Shown here piece by piece: positions 47,606-58,774 of a DNA stretch of 64,000 nt. Location: contig NW_026782406.1 of NCBI RefSeq assembly GCF_031769215.1, positions 186,001-250,000 on the forward strand, written 5' to 3'. Made by a program: the position numbers and the translations under genes. Position 1 is the stretch's first letter. Every line of letters begins with the position of its first letter. Source of the DNA: Ylistrum balloti. Lineage: Eukaryota. Below the pieces are notes generated by a model that was not told the DNA's origin, did no database searches, and saw only the letters and a list, made by a program, of their open reading frames with translations.

Positions 47606-48607
47606 ATGTATTTTTGCTTTGTGATAGCCACAATCAACACAATCACATCGTACAAACAATCACTTAAAATTCCGCCGACATAAGCTCATAATCCACATCG
47701 CGTGATAACACTTACATTATACGATGTACAGGTGAATATGAACCACTGGCGAGGCATTAATTAGCTGATATCGCACGGTCCAGGTTATCAGGCCGAGGTC
47801 TACAAGTTATTACCAGCCGTGCGCCAATATGATCGACCAAGATCTCATAACTTTTATGATAGTAAAGCCACTTTCATTAACCAAAGGTGAATATTTTGAC
47901 ACATAAATATTAACGACAATTAATATATATAAAGTCGTTTTTAATAAGTATTTTCCCCCGACTGAACAACACTACGATCATTACTGTAGTTATGAAGGCA
48001 GAGAAGCGCCTATTGCTGGGGGCACAATGTTCTCATCATTCCTATCATTGTTTTGCTGAAGTGTTAGAATTTGTTCTTTATCCGTAGAAATAATACCTGA
48101 TAGAACATGATACCCGTTTATGTCTTCAATAAACACCCCTTACATATCCTTCCACAGTTTTCTATCAGTTGTTCTTTTAAACAAAAAATCTTCTCTCAAG
48201 TCCATGAAGCGAACATTTGATTTGGTGCATTTTTCATTGTGTACAATTGGCGAGTTGAAGGTAGGCTAATTTTACTGACGAATTGCTCATCCGAGATTTT
48301 TACATTTCTTTCAATCAATTTAGTTTTTCCTCTGTCGTCTCCTAGGTTTAAACATTAAGGCCCTTGGCATCACTGATGAAGCACTCATATGGTGCTGTTT
48401 TACTGACTATTTGGTTGTACTGTACTTGTATTAAAAGGAGTTATTCGCTTGTTTATCTAAACTGTTCTTAAATTATCTGATATATAAAAATAACGAAATG
48501 TATTAAATCATTGAGCTAGTGCATCTCCTGTCTAGATTTTGACTTTCCTTTCGGTCACTTTTGATTTTCCTCAGTCGCTTTGTCGCCTTCAAACTTTAGG
48601 CCCTTAA

Positions 48608-49728
48608 CATCACTGCTGATTCATAGAAGGACGAAACAGCTGTATGATATAACATCACCGCTGAGTCCTAGAAGGACAAAACAGCTGTATGATGTAACAT
48701 CACTGATGAATCCTAGAACGACAAAACAGCTGTATGATATAACATCACTGACGAGTCCTAGAAGAACGAGACAGCTGTATGATATAACGTCACTGATGAA
48801 TCCTAGAAGGACAAAACAGCTGTATGATATAACATCACCGCTGAGTCCTAGAAGGACAAAACAGCTGTATGATGTAACATCACTGATGAATCCTAGAACG
48901 ACAAAACAGCTGTATGATATAACATCACTGACGAGTCCTAGAAGAACGAGACAGCTGTATGATATAACGTCACTGATGAATCCTAGAACGACAAAACAGC
49001 TGTATGATATAACATCACTGACGAGTCCTAGAAGGACAAAGCAGCTGTATGATATAACATCACCGCTGAGTCCTAGAAGGACAAAACAGCTGTATGATGT
49101 AACATCACTGATGAATCCTAGAACGACAAAACAGCTGTATGATATAACATCACTGACGAGTCCTAGAAGAACGAGACAGCTGTATGATATAACGTCACTG
49201 ATGAATCCTAGAACGACAAAACAGCTGTATGATATAACATCACTGACGAGTCCTAGAAGGACAAAGCAGCTGTATGATATAACATCACTGACGAGTCCTA
49301 GAAGGACGAGAAAGCTGTATGATATAAGATCACTGATGAGTCCTAGAACGACAAAACAGCTGTATGATATAAGATCACTGATGAGTCCTAGAAGGACAAA
49401 ACAGCTGTATGATATAACATCACTGATGAGTCCTAGAAGGACAAAACAGCTGTATGATATAACATCGCTGATGAGTCCTAGAGGACAAAACAGCTGTATG
49501 ATATAAGATCACTGATGAGTCCTAGAAGGACAAAACAGCTGTATGATATAAGATCACTGATGAGTCCTAGAAGGACAAAGCAGCTGTATGATATAACATC
49601 ACTGACGAGTCCTAGAAGGACGAGACAGCTGTATGATATAAGATCACTGATGAGTCCTAGAACAACAAAACAGCTGTATGATATAACATCACTGACGAGT
49701 CCTAGAAGGACAAAACAGCTGTATGATG
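48608..49728 (+). repeat. Tandem array (25 x 45 bp) of the hammerhead unit, catalytic core mutated in every copy
   Basis: Units start at 48608, 48653 and so on to 49687 (one unit is 44 bp). The first unit has GAAA but CTGCTGA. The remaining units read AAAA, AAAG or GAGA in place of GAAA. A 4-5-unit higher-order periodicity is present. Confidence 0.95.
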
Positions 49729-51189
49729 CAGTGTAATTGTTTGGCACTACCTATATAAAATTAAAGTATTAAAACATGATATTCACTTGTGTCTTTTGTA
49801 CAATCTTCTAAAGGATAAAAAACGAGCCACGATTCTTTGTAAAGAGTACATCAATGTTATCAGATTGATCTCTAAATCACATTCTTTTAATTATTCTCTT
49901 CTGTAAAAACCTTTCCGTAACATGAGTATATACATGTATGTGGTGTCTGATTAGCTTTCTTAATTAAATCCACATGATCTATTTGAGTTTGGATGACTGT
50001 TTATAAATGTTGCATTTCATCGTGGATATACCAGCGCAAATATCCGTCTTACTGGCTCCGCATTATCAATTTAAACCATCAAATTATCTCGTTTTTTATA
50101 AAAAAAAAATAGTTCAAGGCCTCGTCGATTTTTCATTTATCGGTCTTTGTTTTCTAAGTGTTATAGTATTAGATCGTGTCGAGTTCAGAGTTTCTTAGAA
50201 ATATGATATTAAAACAAAAGTAAAACAATTATTAGAAAGCATACCGACATATCGAACAAGAGATAGAAAATCCAAGTAAGAATTCTGGTTTCAACACAGA
50301 TCAAAATGGTTAACAGCATCACCCCTGTAAAGAAGGTACCTTCTCACGGTGACATTCACTGCTTTCATCTTCTTACACATTACTTATAATCATAACAGGG
50401 GGCTTGGAACTTGGGAATTAAGTTTTAAAACGACTTGACTGTTAACTAGATAATCATAAAACTACCTTATGTACATATACAAAATATAAACAAAGGAAAA
50501 ATGTATGTCGATTTTATTGAAAGCAAGTATAAAGCGAGATGTTTGAAAATGACAAGCGTCTTCTTCCCACACACATCCAAATCTTGATCAATATAATGAA
50601 GTGATATCAAGTTGAACTGTACAAGAATACTATATATATTTAAGAGCATCGACTAAATACAAACAAATACCAACCACATATCGACAAAAAATAGAATGGT
50701 TCCCTATGAGATGTTGGTGGGACAAAAACTTCCCCACAGTTTTCAGCCTACATCACTAGAAACGATATACTGTGTATTGACGGTTTATTTTTCAGTTGCA
50801 GTCGTCTTTCCTATCAGTCTAGTACAAGTACCTAGCTAATAAGCCCACGTGTGACACTCTACAAGACTAAGAAAGAATGGACGTCACTATCTAGAAACAG
50901 AACATTCACAATATTAAAAAAAATATATCATCGTCCAACTATGTGGTGAGTTGTCCATGCTAGTTTCACTGCAGGTAAGCAGCTGATTTAGAAGTTTGTT
51001 GTGTGGTCAATAAATCTCTTTTATCTTAATGAGAAGACGTCATTAATATATCTTACAGGGAAACCGAACGAATTGACAAGGTCTGTGTGACATGTTTTGA
51101 TACTTCTATTAATACAGATTCATATGAAATAAAAAAAGTCAGCCACATGAGGGGCAGTTGTGCATTTTCCAAATAACGATTTTTATGGA

Positions 51190-51520
51190 AGATGCCGACA
51201 TTGACGAGTAAACTTGTAACACAGGGTTTTATGAGGACTTACCGGAGAAGTTGTACTGTCTTCGTGAGGATCTCAGTGAGAAATAGTTTTTTTTCCTTGT
51301 GGGATAAGAAGTTGAACATTACTGTGTCTGTTCGTCCGGTTGTTGTTGATATTGTTCTTATATGGGAAAGTAATATTACTGACTTGGAATTCCTAGGATA
51401 AAAGACGCTTACTCTTCTGATACACCTGGTCTTATTTTCCTACATTTCATTGGACTTCTTTTAAGTCTTTCTTTTGTTCATATTTTGATTTTTTTCATCG
51501 GTGTTCTGTTTGAATTAAGA
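51190..51520 (+). mobile_element. Penelope-like RT C-terminus and tail relic
   Basis: LTSKLVTQGF (ORF 51192-51401) is followed by aaaagacgcttactcttctgatacacctggtcttattt. Confidence 0.55.
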
Positions 51521-51639
51521 TTTTGTTTACACGTAACTATTTTCTTGTTACTTTCTTATACCATTGTGATAATGTTACACAAGTGAATAATACTTTTTAT
51601 ACAAGTTTAGAATTTGTAAGTAGTATGGAGATTATACCG

Positions 51640-51692
51640 TATCATACAGCTGTTGCCTCCTTATAGAACCCGCCATTGATGCTAAAGGCCTA
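51640..51692 (-). ncRNA. Highly degenerate hammerhead-unit relic
   Basis: Minus strand aggcctttagcatcaatggcgggttctataaggaggcaacagctgtatgat retains the family flank, stem I and the palindrome; the core is destroyed. Confidence 0.6.
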
Positions 51693-52734
51693 AACTCTTC
51701 ATGCTTCTAAGGCAACTGAGAAAGATTCAAATTCCACGAAATCAAAGTCGGCATCCATTTACCTCAAAATGCATTATAAATCGCGCCGCCAATTCCAATG
51801 AATTAAAACGTGGCATGTTATTAAACATTTCGCTGACTAAACATTCACTACCCACATCTGTCACCTGGAATCGCAAGCATTCTGCAAGGATATACAGATA
51901 AATACCGCCTTCCAATACTAATTTATAATAAGATATAGCGGAGGAAGTGAGGTAGAACAAAAGGGTTTAATTGAATTCGCCAGAAAATGAAACAATATAT
52001 AACTGCTGTGATCGTGTCTTTTACTGCTGACATTCTAAAGCTTCACCTTCTTTGTACAGAATTTACAAAAGACATACAAGTGAATAGCACCTTTCAATAC
52101 AAATTAAAAGGCGAAATCAATAGCGAATCGCGAATGATAATCAGAAATCCATTGCTAGGCGGTGAAATGATTGAAAGCGTGTCGAACTATTGTAATTGTT
52201 ATGGAAATGCTAAAACAAACGTGTACAGACTGTGTATATAATCTAGTAATGTCGACAGTATGGTCCAGTGTTGATACTGAAGCCTTACAAACAAATAATC
52301 ATTGGATACATATTGCTGGAATAAATATATGATCGATGAAATAGTAACGACAATATATATATACATATAAATTCAGTTTAATGTCGGCAGTCATCACTTT
52401 TCAATACTATTGACCCCTATTGGCCGAAAAAACAATAATTAGTAAAGAACGTTTTATTACCTAGATGTTGGTCGATAAACACTAAAGACAATTATCTTTC
52501 TAGAATATATGGCCTCCATATTTTTGTCTAAGCCTGATCAAAAGTCTTTGTTATGTCGTTTGATCGACTTTGAGTTAGATTTATTGATAATTGAGTACAT
52601 TGGCATAATCCTGTCGTTCTCTTATCAACGATCTATTTGATTTAACCCGTTATGGTTGTTCAAACAGATCCTCTGACAAAGGACTGAATCCTTATCCGAA
52701 ACCAGTCTATTTACCTGTAGTATGTTGTAAAAAT

Positions 52735-53725
52735 GGTTGTTTTGGTCCCTGTCTGTATATTTACATGGTAAGGGTTGTTTTGGTCCCTGTCTGTATATTT
52801 ACATGGTAAGGGTTGTTTTGGCCCCTGTCTGTATATTTACATGGTAAGGGTTGTTTTGGTCCCTGTCTGTATATTTACATGGTAAGGGTTGTTTTGGTCC
52901 CTGTCTGTATAGCCTACACGGTAAGGGTTGTTTTGGTCCCTGTCTGTATATTTACATGATAAGGGTTGTTTTCGTCCCTGTCTGTATATCCTACACGGTA
53001 AGGGTTGTTTTGGTCCCTGTCTGTATATTTACATGATAAGGGTTGTTTTGGTCCCTGTCTGTATATCCTACATGGTAAGGGTTGTTTTGGTCCCTGTCTG
53101 TATATTTACACGGTAAGGGTTATTTTGGCCCCTGTCTGTATATCCTACACGGTAAGGGTTGTTTTGGTCCCTGTCTGTATATTTACATGGTAAGGGTTAT
53201 TTTGGCCCCTGTGTGTATATCCTACACGGTAAGGGTTGTTTTGGCCCCTGTCTGTATATCCTACACGGTAAGGGTTGGTTTGGTTCCTGTCTTTATATCC
53301 TACATGGTAAGGGTTGTTTTGGCCCCTTTTTGTATATTTACATGGTAAGCGTCGTTTTGGTCCCTGTCTGTATATTTACATGGTAAGGGTTGTTTTGGTC
53401 CCTGTCTGTATATTTACATGGTAAGGGTTGTTTTGTCCCTGTCTGTATATCCTACATGGTAAGCGGCGTTTTGGTCCCTGTCTGTATATTTACACGGTAA
53501 GGGTTGTTTTGGTCCCTGTCTGTATATTTTCATGGTAAGGGTTGTTTTGGCCCCTGTCTGTATATCCTACACGGTAAGGGTTGTTTTGGTCCCTGTCTGT
53601 ATATTTACATGGTAAGGGTTGTTTTGGTCCCTGTCTGTATATTTACATGGTAAGGGTTGTTTTGGCCCCTGTCTGTATATCCTACACGGTAAGGGTTGTT
53701 TTGGCCCCTTTTTGTATATTTACAT
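52735..53725. repeat. 38/39-bp minisatellite, about 26 copies, partly alternating (77-bp dimer)
   Basis: Units ggtaagggttgttttggtccctgtctgtatatttacat (38 bp) and a variant ending tatatcctacac (39 bp). ORF-track starts recur every 77 nt. Confidence 0.95.
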
Positions 53726-55029
53726 AGAGCTGTGTACATATATGTAGTGGTGGATTATTAAAAATAATGCACGGTTATAAGTTATTATACATATCAGTAT
53801 CAGCGAAATTTGCAATAAGATCACGTTTTTACTGAATAAACACAAATTTGCGATATAACCGGAGAAAAGCAGCTACCACATAGTACTGTTCATTATTTTG
53901 AATACAGATTCCTTTCAACTGTCCAGTTTAATGAACCTGGGAAAATGTTGTGCGGGGACAAGTTTTAGGAGCATGAATGCTGCTCCCAAATTTTGGAACT
54001 CTTCAGTGTTTTCATAGAATAAACAACAACAGTAACTAATAAACTACATAGACTGAACACGGCCTTAATCTCTACCAGAGTTGTCACACACTAACAGTGA
54101 CAATGCTACTGGTTTACTCTGGAAGGGATTAGCACGGCCTAATTAACACCTTTACGTACTGGTAATGGTGATATTGCTAAAACTATATCTCTTATGAATA
54201 CACTAATGAGCCACGGACTTGGGAGTAGCATTAACTCTCATGGACAGAGATTTCATTGTTATCAAAAGTGTTGACAAGTGCTTTCCAGACAAGTCTATCC
54301 GAAACAAATATTTCCGTCTGTTTCTTTTCTACACGTAGTGCGGTGTTATATATCATCTATTTTATTCTAGATAAGTTTATATGTGCGTGATGTTGTGTAT
54401 CTCAATACCTTTGTAATAATCTTGTCGCAGGTGCTCTTTCTAGTCATAATTGCTGTGTTTCCGCCATTAGACATTGACTACTTACCTTGTGAAACATTAT
54501 CCGAAACTTGTTACAATTCAGAAACACGCCATAATAATTATTATTATAAAAAACCCTTTTTATCTACAGAGGCAATGTCCTAAAATAACAAGTCGTAAGA
54601 CTTGCAAATTATCACAGAAAGGGAAATCTCCTTTATTATTTTGTATTAAGCAATAACTTACACTTTTCCATTTCTGAGTAATTCTATCTTAAATATTGTA
54701 ACACAAAAAGTAATTTGACAACAGTTAGAGCCAATGGAAACTATCTCTCCATATAAAAATTAAACAGAATATACACATCAAGTTGACATTGATATCAATC
54801 TAAAAATAACTTTTACGAAATGCACTTTTGAAAATACGACTGTCAGCAAATTACCTGTGACTGTAGTTTTTTGCTTTGTAGCTGAGAACAACATTTACAC
54901 TGTATCCAAAATGTGGTCCGGGTACGGCAAGGTCTTCACAGGTCTATCAACTCCATTTGTGGGAAACTTGTGACCCTAGATCACTGAGACATAACCCAAA
55001 TCATAGAGTAACGTTCCAACAGCTAACCT

Positions 55030-55465
55030 AGAGGTTAAACATTCAAATAACTACAAGGTTAGGCCAACCTTGTGTACCATTAGTCCAACATTAGTGCGAC
55101 AATTACAAGGTTACAATCAACCTAGATGTTTAATAGTCAAATAACTACAAGGTTAGGCCAACCTTGTGTACCATGAGTCCAACATTTGTGCGACAATTAC
55201 AAGGTTACAATCAACCTAGATGTTTAATAGTCAAATAACTACAAGGTTAGGCCAACCTTGTGTACCATTAGTCCAACATTTGTGCGACAATTACAAGGTT
55301 ACAATCAACCTAGATGTTTAATAGTCAAATAACTACAAGGTTAGGCCAACCTTGTGTACCATTAGTCCAACAATAGTGCGACAATTACAAGGTTACAATC
55401 AACCTAGATGTTTAATAGTCAAATAACTACAAGGTTAGACCAACAATGTGTACCATTAGTCCAAT
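55030..55465. repeat. 94-bp tandem repeat, about 4.5 copies
   Basis: caaataactacaaggtt starts at 55044, 55138, 55232, 55326 and 55420. Confidence 0.95.
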
Positions 55466-55902
55466 AGCTACAATATTACGACCAGCCTAATGGACAAACA
55501 ATTTGATAGCTACAAGGTTCCTATAAGACTGCATTATTTGCTTTCCAAAAGGCATTTTATCTACAAGGTACACTTACGGGAACTGAATGACCAGAATTTA
55601 CACGTTCAACCTCCGGGAATGATACACAACAAACAGGTACAATATATCACGTGGTACAAAGCAGCAACAAACCATAGGGACTGGTGTCTTGTAAAATCTA
55701 GAATCTGGTGATATCTGCTTAAAAGAAATAAGAGCAGAAAAAAACTTGTTTGGGGAAAATGAAATGAGGTCGCTACCGACTCGTGGAGAGAAATTATAAA
55801 GAAAAAAAACCATACGGTCTAAATCAGTGGAAATTAACTGATATAGCTGATTGACTTTATTGATGTTGTAATGTTAATTGTCCCATTAGCTACTTACAGT
55901 GT

Positions 55903-56958
55903 TTATATACACGATTCAGTCTGTGTAGAGACCTTGGTTTGTTGTTCTTCTGCAGAATCTCTCTTTTTAATTGTTTGTACTAAAATAATATTTTGCTTTT
56001 TGAAGCAGGGCAGGACCTCTCGATATGCATTTTGTATGTTTTTGTTGAGAAGTCCGTAAATCAAACCATTGATACAACTATTTAGATAGCATAGATATAT
56101 ACCAGCAGCGTGTAGAGAGACTGGCACAGAAGTTCGATCAGAGAAGAACACAGCTGTCACACCAAACGGTATATACAAAACCAGGTAGGCGATAAAAATA
56201 GCGAATTGTGACCTTGTCACAATCAGTTCCTGTTGAATGCGTCTTTTCTGTAAGCCGTTGTTCCAATACCTTTGCATCACCTGGGTACGTTTCTTCATCA
56301 CCACGCGACATACACTACAGTAACAAAACGCGATGATCAGAATTGGCAATGCTAAACATAAGGTTTGGTAAACTGTGGTATACTCTCGATTACCGTAACG
56401 GTCAAATATACACATCTGTAGAGTTTCATCGTAAACAAGAAGATTGTCATCCATAACAAACAGAGGCAATAGGAATATTGGACCCACACTGTATGTATAA
56501 ATGATAATTATAATCACGTTCTTCCTGTTGAATACCACATCATATTTACGGGTACAGCATATTTTAACAAACCGATTGAAGGCTATCACCATTATTGTTT
56601 GAACACTTGTTGTAAAACACACGTGCGCGATAATTCCGTTAATCAGACACATATTTGTAGAAATTGGGCAGGCTCCTCGAAGTAGGGACACGATATTGTT
56701 TGGCAGTAAGTAACCAATGATAACAGTGTCAACAAAGGCAAGAGACACAACGAAAACATTGTGGTTGACGTGAAGGCGTTTAACTTTTAAAAACGTCACA
56801 ATGACCAAGAAGTTTCCTGGAATCCCGATAATCAACAAGAGGAATGAGACGATGAGAATGATCGTCTTCGTACTGTTCGGTAATATTTGTGGAAACGAGC
56901 CATTTGTATCCGCCTCTCTCATTACATCCAAGATTGTTTCATTTAAAAGGAATGTCAT
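55903..56958 (-). CDS. Class A (rhodopsin-like) GPCR, melatonin-receptor-like, intronless CDS
   Basis: Seven hydrophobic segments. Motifs are GIPGNFLVI (TM1), LAFVD (TM2), IAFNRFVKIC (NRF at the DRY position), C-x-FD in ECL2, YIPFG (TM6) and LNSCINGLIYG (TM7). N-terminal N-glycosylation sequons NET, NGS and NST are present. The ORF track starts at a TTG (56964); the first ATG is 56958. Confidence 0.93.
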   Translation of the reverse strand: MTFLLNETILDVMREADTNGSFPQILPNSTKTIILIVSFLLLIIGIPGNFLVIVTFLKVKRLHVNHNVFVVSLAFVDTVIIGYLLPNNIVSLLRGACPISTNMCLINGIIAHVCFTTSVQTIMVIAFNRFVKICCTRKYDVVFNRKNVIIIIIYTYSVGPIFLLPLFVMDDNLLVYDETLQMCIFDRYGNREYTTVYQTLCLALPILIIAFCYCSVCRVVMKKRTQVMQRYWNNGLQKRRIQQELIVTRSQFAIFIAYLVLYIPFGVTAVFFSDRTSVPVSLHAAGIYLCYLNSCINGLIYGLLNKNIQNAYREVLPCFKKQNIILVQTIKKRDSAEEQQTKVSTQTESCI

Positions 56959-58774
56959 TTTCAAGTTTTGTTCAGATCAGATCAAAGGAGTTCCGCCTAA
57001 AGGGGACTATTTTAGAGAGGTTATGTCTTTCGCTACCTTCGTGGATGGCAGAAGGTCCCGGATAGATACACTGAAAGAAAAAAAATGATATAAAGACATT
57101 AATCCGTTTATTTTTTTTTCAGGGAAAAACTAACTCCGTTTTCATTAAGCTGACAGTGAACCCTGGAAATTTGAACCACTGAAAAATATCTTTACAATAT
57201 AAAGTATATGGTAAAATTAATGATTTTTGTGGGATTCTATTTTCGTGGTTTAAGAAATCAAGCAATTTCCTAATGAATGTTTCACAGAATGGTTAATTGT
57301 ACAATGTGCTTTTGTCGAACAAGCACTTTAAACAGTTTAGGAGAAAGTGTTACCATCATCCGATGTAAAAATAGAATTTCTGATCAACTATACATGAGAA
57401 AAGCTGTTTAGTATAACAGCGATAACACTTTGTTTTAATTAATACGCTTGCGCTTGACGTTCTTTAAAAACATCCAATTTTGAAATTTATTAAATGTTAT
57501 TTTTTAATTTATGAATTTTCCCCCATCTTGTTTTGACATTTATTTCGGCCTATTCTAATTCCCTTCAGTTACCTTGTAGGCTTCAAAGATCGCACGCAAC
57601 TAAGAGTGTAATGTTTTTTTCTAGAATAAGCTGTTTTCAGACAAGAATAACCATAAAAATTCTTGAAGAACTTGCTCAAGCCAATAAATGACAAAGATAT
57701 TTTGTTTATTTTTTGTTTCCTTGTCTTAACTGTAGGTGACAAGCTTGGTGACGTCATATCATGATGTTGGGACACTAATAATGATTTTATTATCTGTTTG
57801 ACAATATATGTATTCTGTTATAATTCCGTAGCTTTGTAGATATATCATTATTGCAGTCAATTATTTGACATCAAAATAAAACCAATGTCTCCTGCCGGAT
57901 ATGATTCTTCTAATTTCCCTGAAGGAATGCCATACCTGTGACGTTTGGACACTGTCCGAATATTCAATATTTGATACAACAACTTTTATAAATATCTAAT
58001 TTTCATTTTTTTTCTAACGTTTTGTAAATATAATCAGAGGCATACTACATCATCTTACACGTTGTATTCTCCTATCGGTCAAAGTCCATTAGTCTGTATA
58101 GAAAATTGTTCTGAAAACCCTACAGACTGTTACACTGATACTGAAGTCTGTACATTCAGTTTTTCTATAAATACCCAATCACGTGATACAAACCGCGGTA
58201 ATTAGTTATATATTGTTTAACATCCAATCAACAGCTATGGTTAATTAAGGATAACCGCCCATGTAAGTGAGGTGAGTGTATCTGTTGAAAGTTTATGTAA
58301 ATCTACACCAGTGATGTATATTACCGCCCACCATTCGGACGTCCCACTCGGTCACACCGACGAAGGACAAACCAGTTACATTACCCCGATGCTTAACGTT
58401 AAGCCGGGTATGGTAGTACAAAACTGTCAGCCATTGTGGCAAGCCTAAGACGGTCACACGAGGTGAACGCTCAAATGAAACCCAAATAAAACGGGGAAAA
58501 GGTTTTGTAGAAGAGAAAATATTTATACCGAACCTTGTCGCCTCGAACACATTCTTTAACGAAATTAATAAATATAACACCGGAACGTTGTGTTGTCAAT
58601 GGGAAGAGAACGATCATGCAATTTCAACGATTCTTCTTTAATTGAAAAACCAGGGAATGGTTAACGAGATTCTGTACAAGTCAATTAAATAGTTTACGAG
58701 TGATCAAATTATATTGTATAAATATTGGATATTGTACAAGTCAATCGACAAACTTATTGGTAAGATAGTGTGAC

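Larger units (their letters stand above)
44880..48650 (+). repeat. Local segmental duplication, copy B (with about 2.3 kb of extra sequence at 45760-48045)
   Basis: See copy A at 32010-33830; same order and orientation. Confidence 0.88.

Noticed and set aside
48580-49506. 308-aa ORF of SPRRTKQLYD repeats (also 683-1081, 49478-49747, 49515-49736) as a repetitive protein
   Set aside because: It is the stop-free frame of the 45-bp hammerhead satellite. It begins at a TTG, and conservation follows RNA structure, not codons.
52851-53386. Cys/Gly-rich ORFs (HGKGCFGPCLY repeats) and similar ORFs at 6770-7208 and 16399-16738
   Set aside because: Translations of minisatellites with no splice or start context.
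54882-54973. Exon-like segment ENNIYTVSKMWSGYGKVFTGLSTPFVGNL* with faint resemblance to the scramblase KKWGG region
   Set aside because: No upstream exons found and the similarity is too short to support a call.
55030-55465. CRISPR-like appearance of hairpin-bearing repeats (also considered for the 45-, 71- and 89-bp arrays)
   Set aside because: No unique spacers between repeats, no cas genes, and the DNA is clearly from an intron-containing animal genome.
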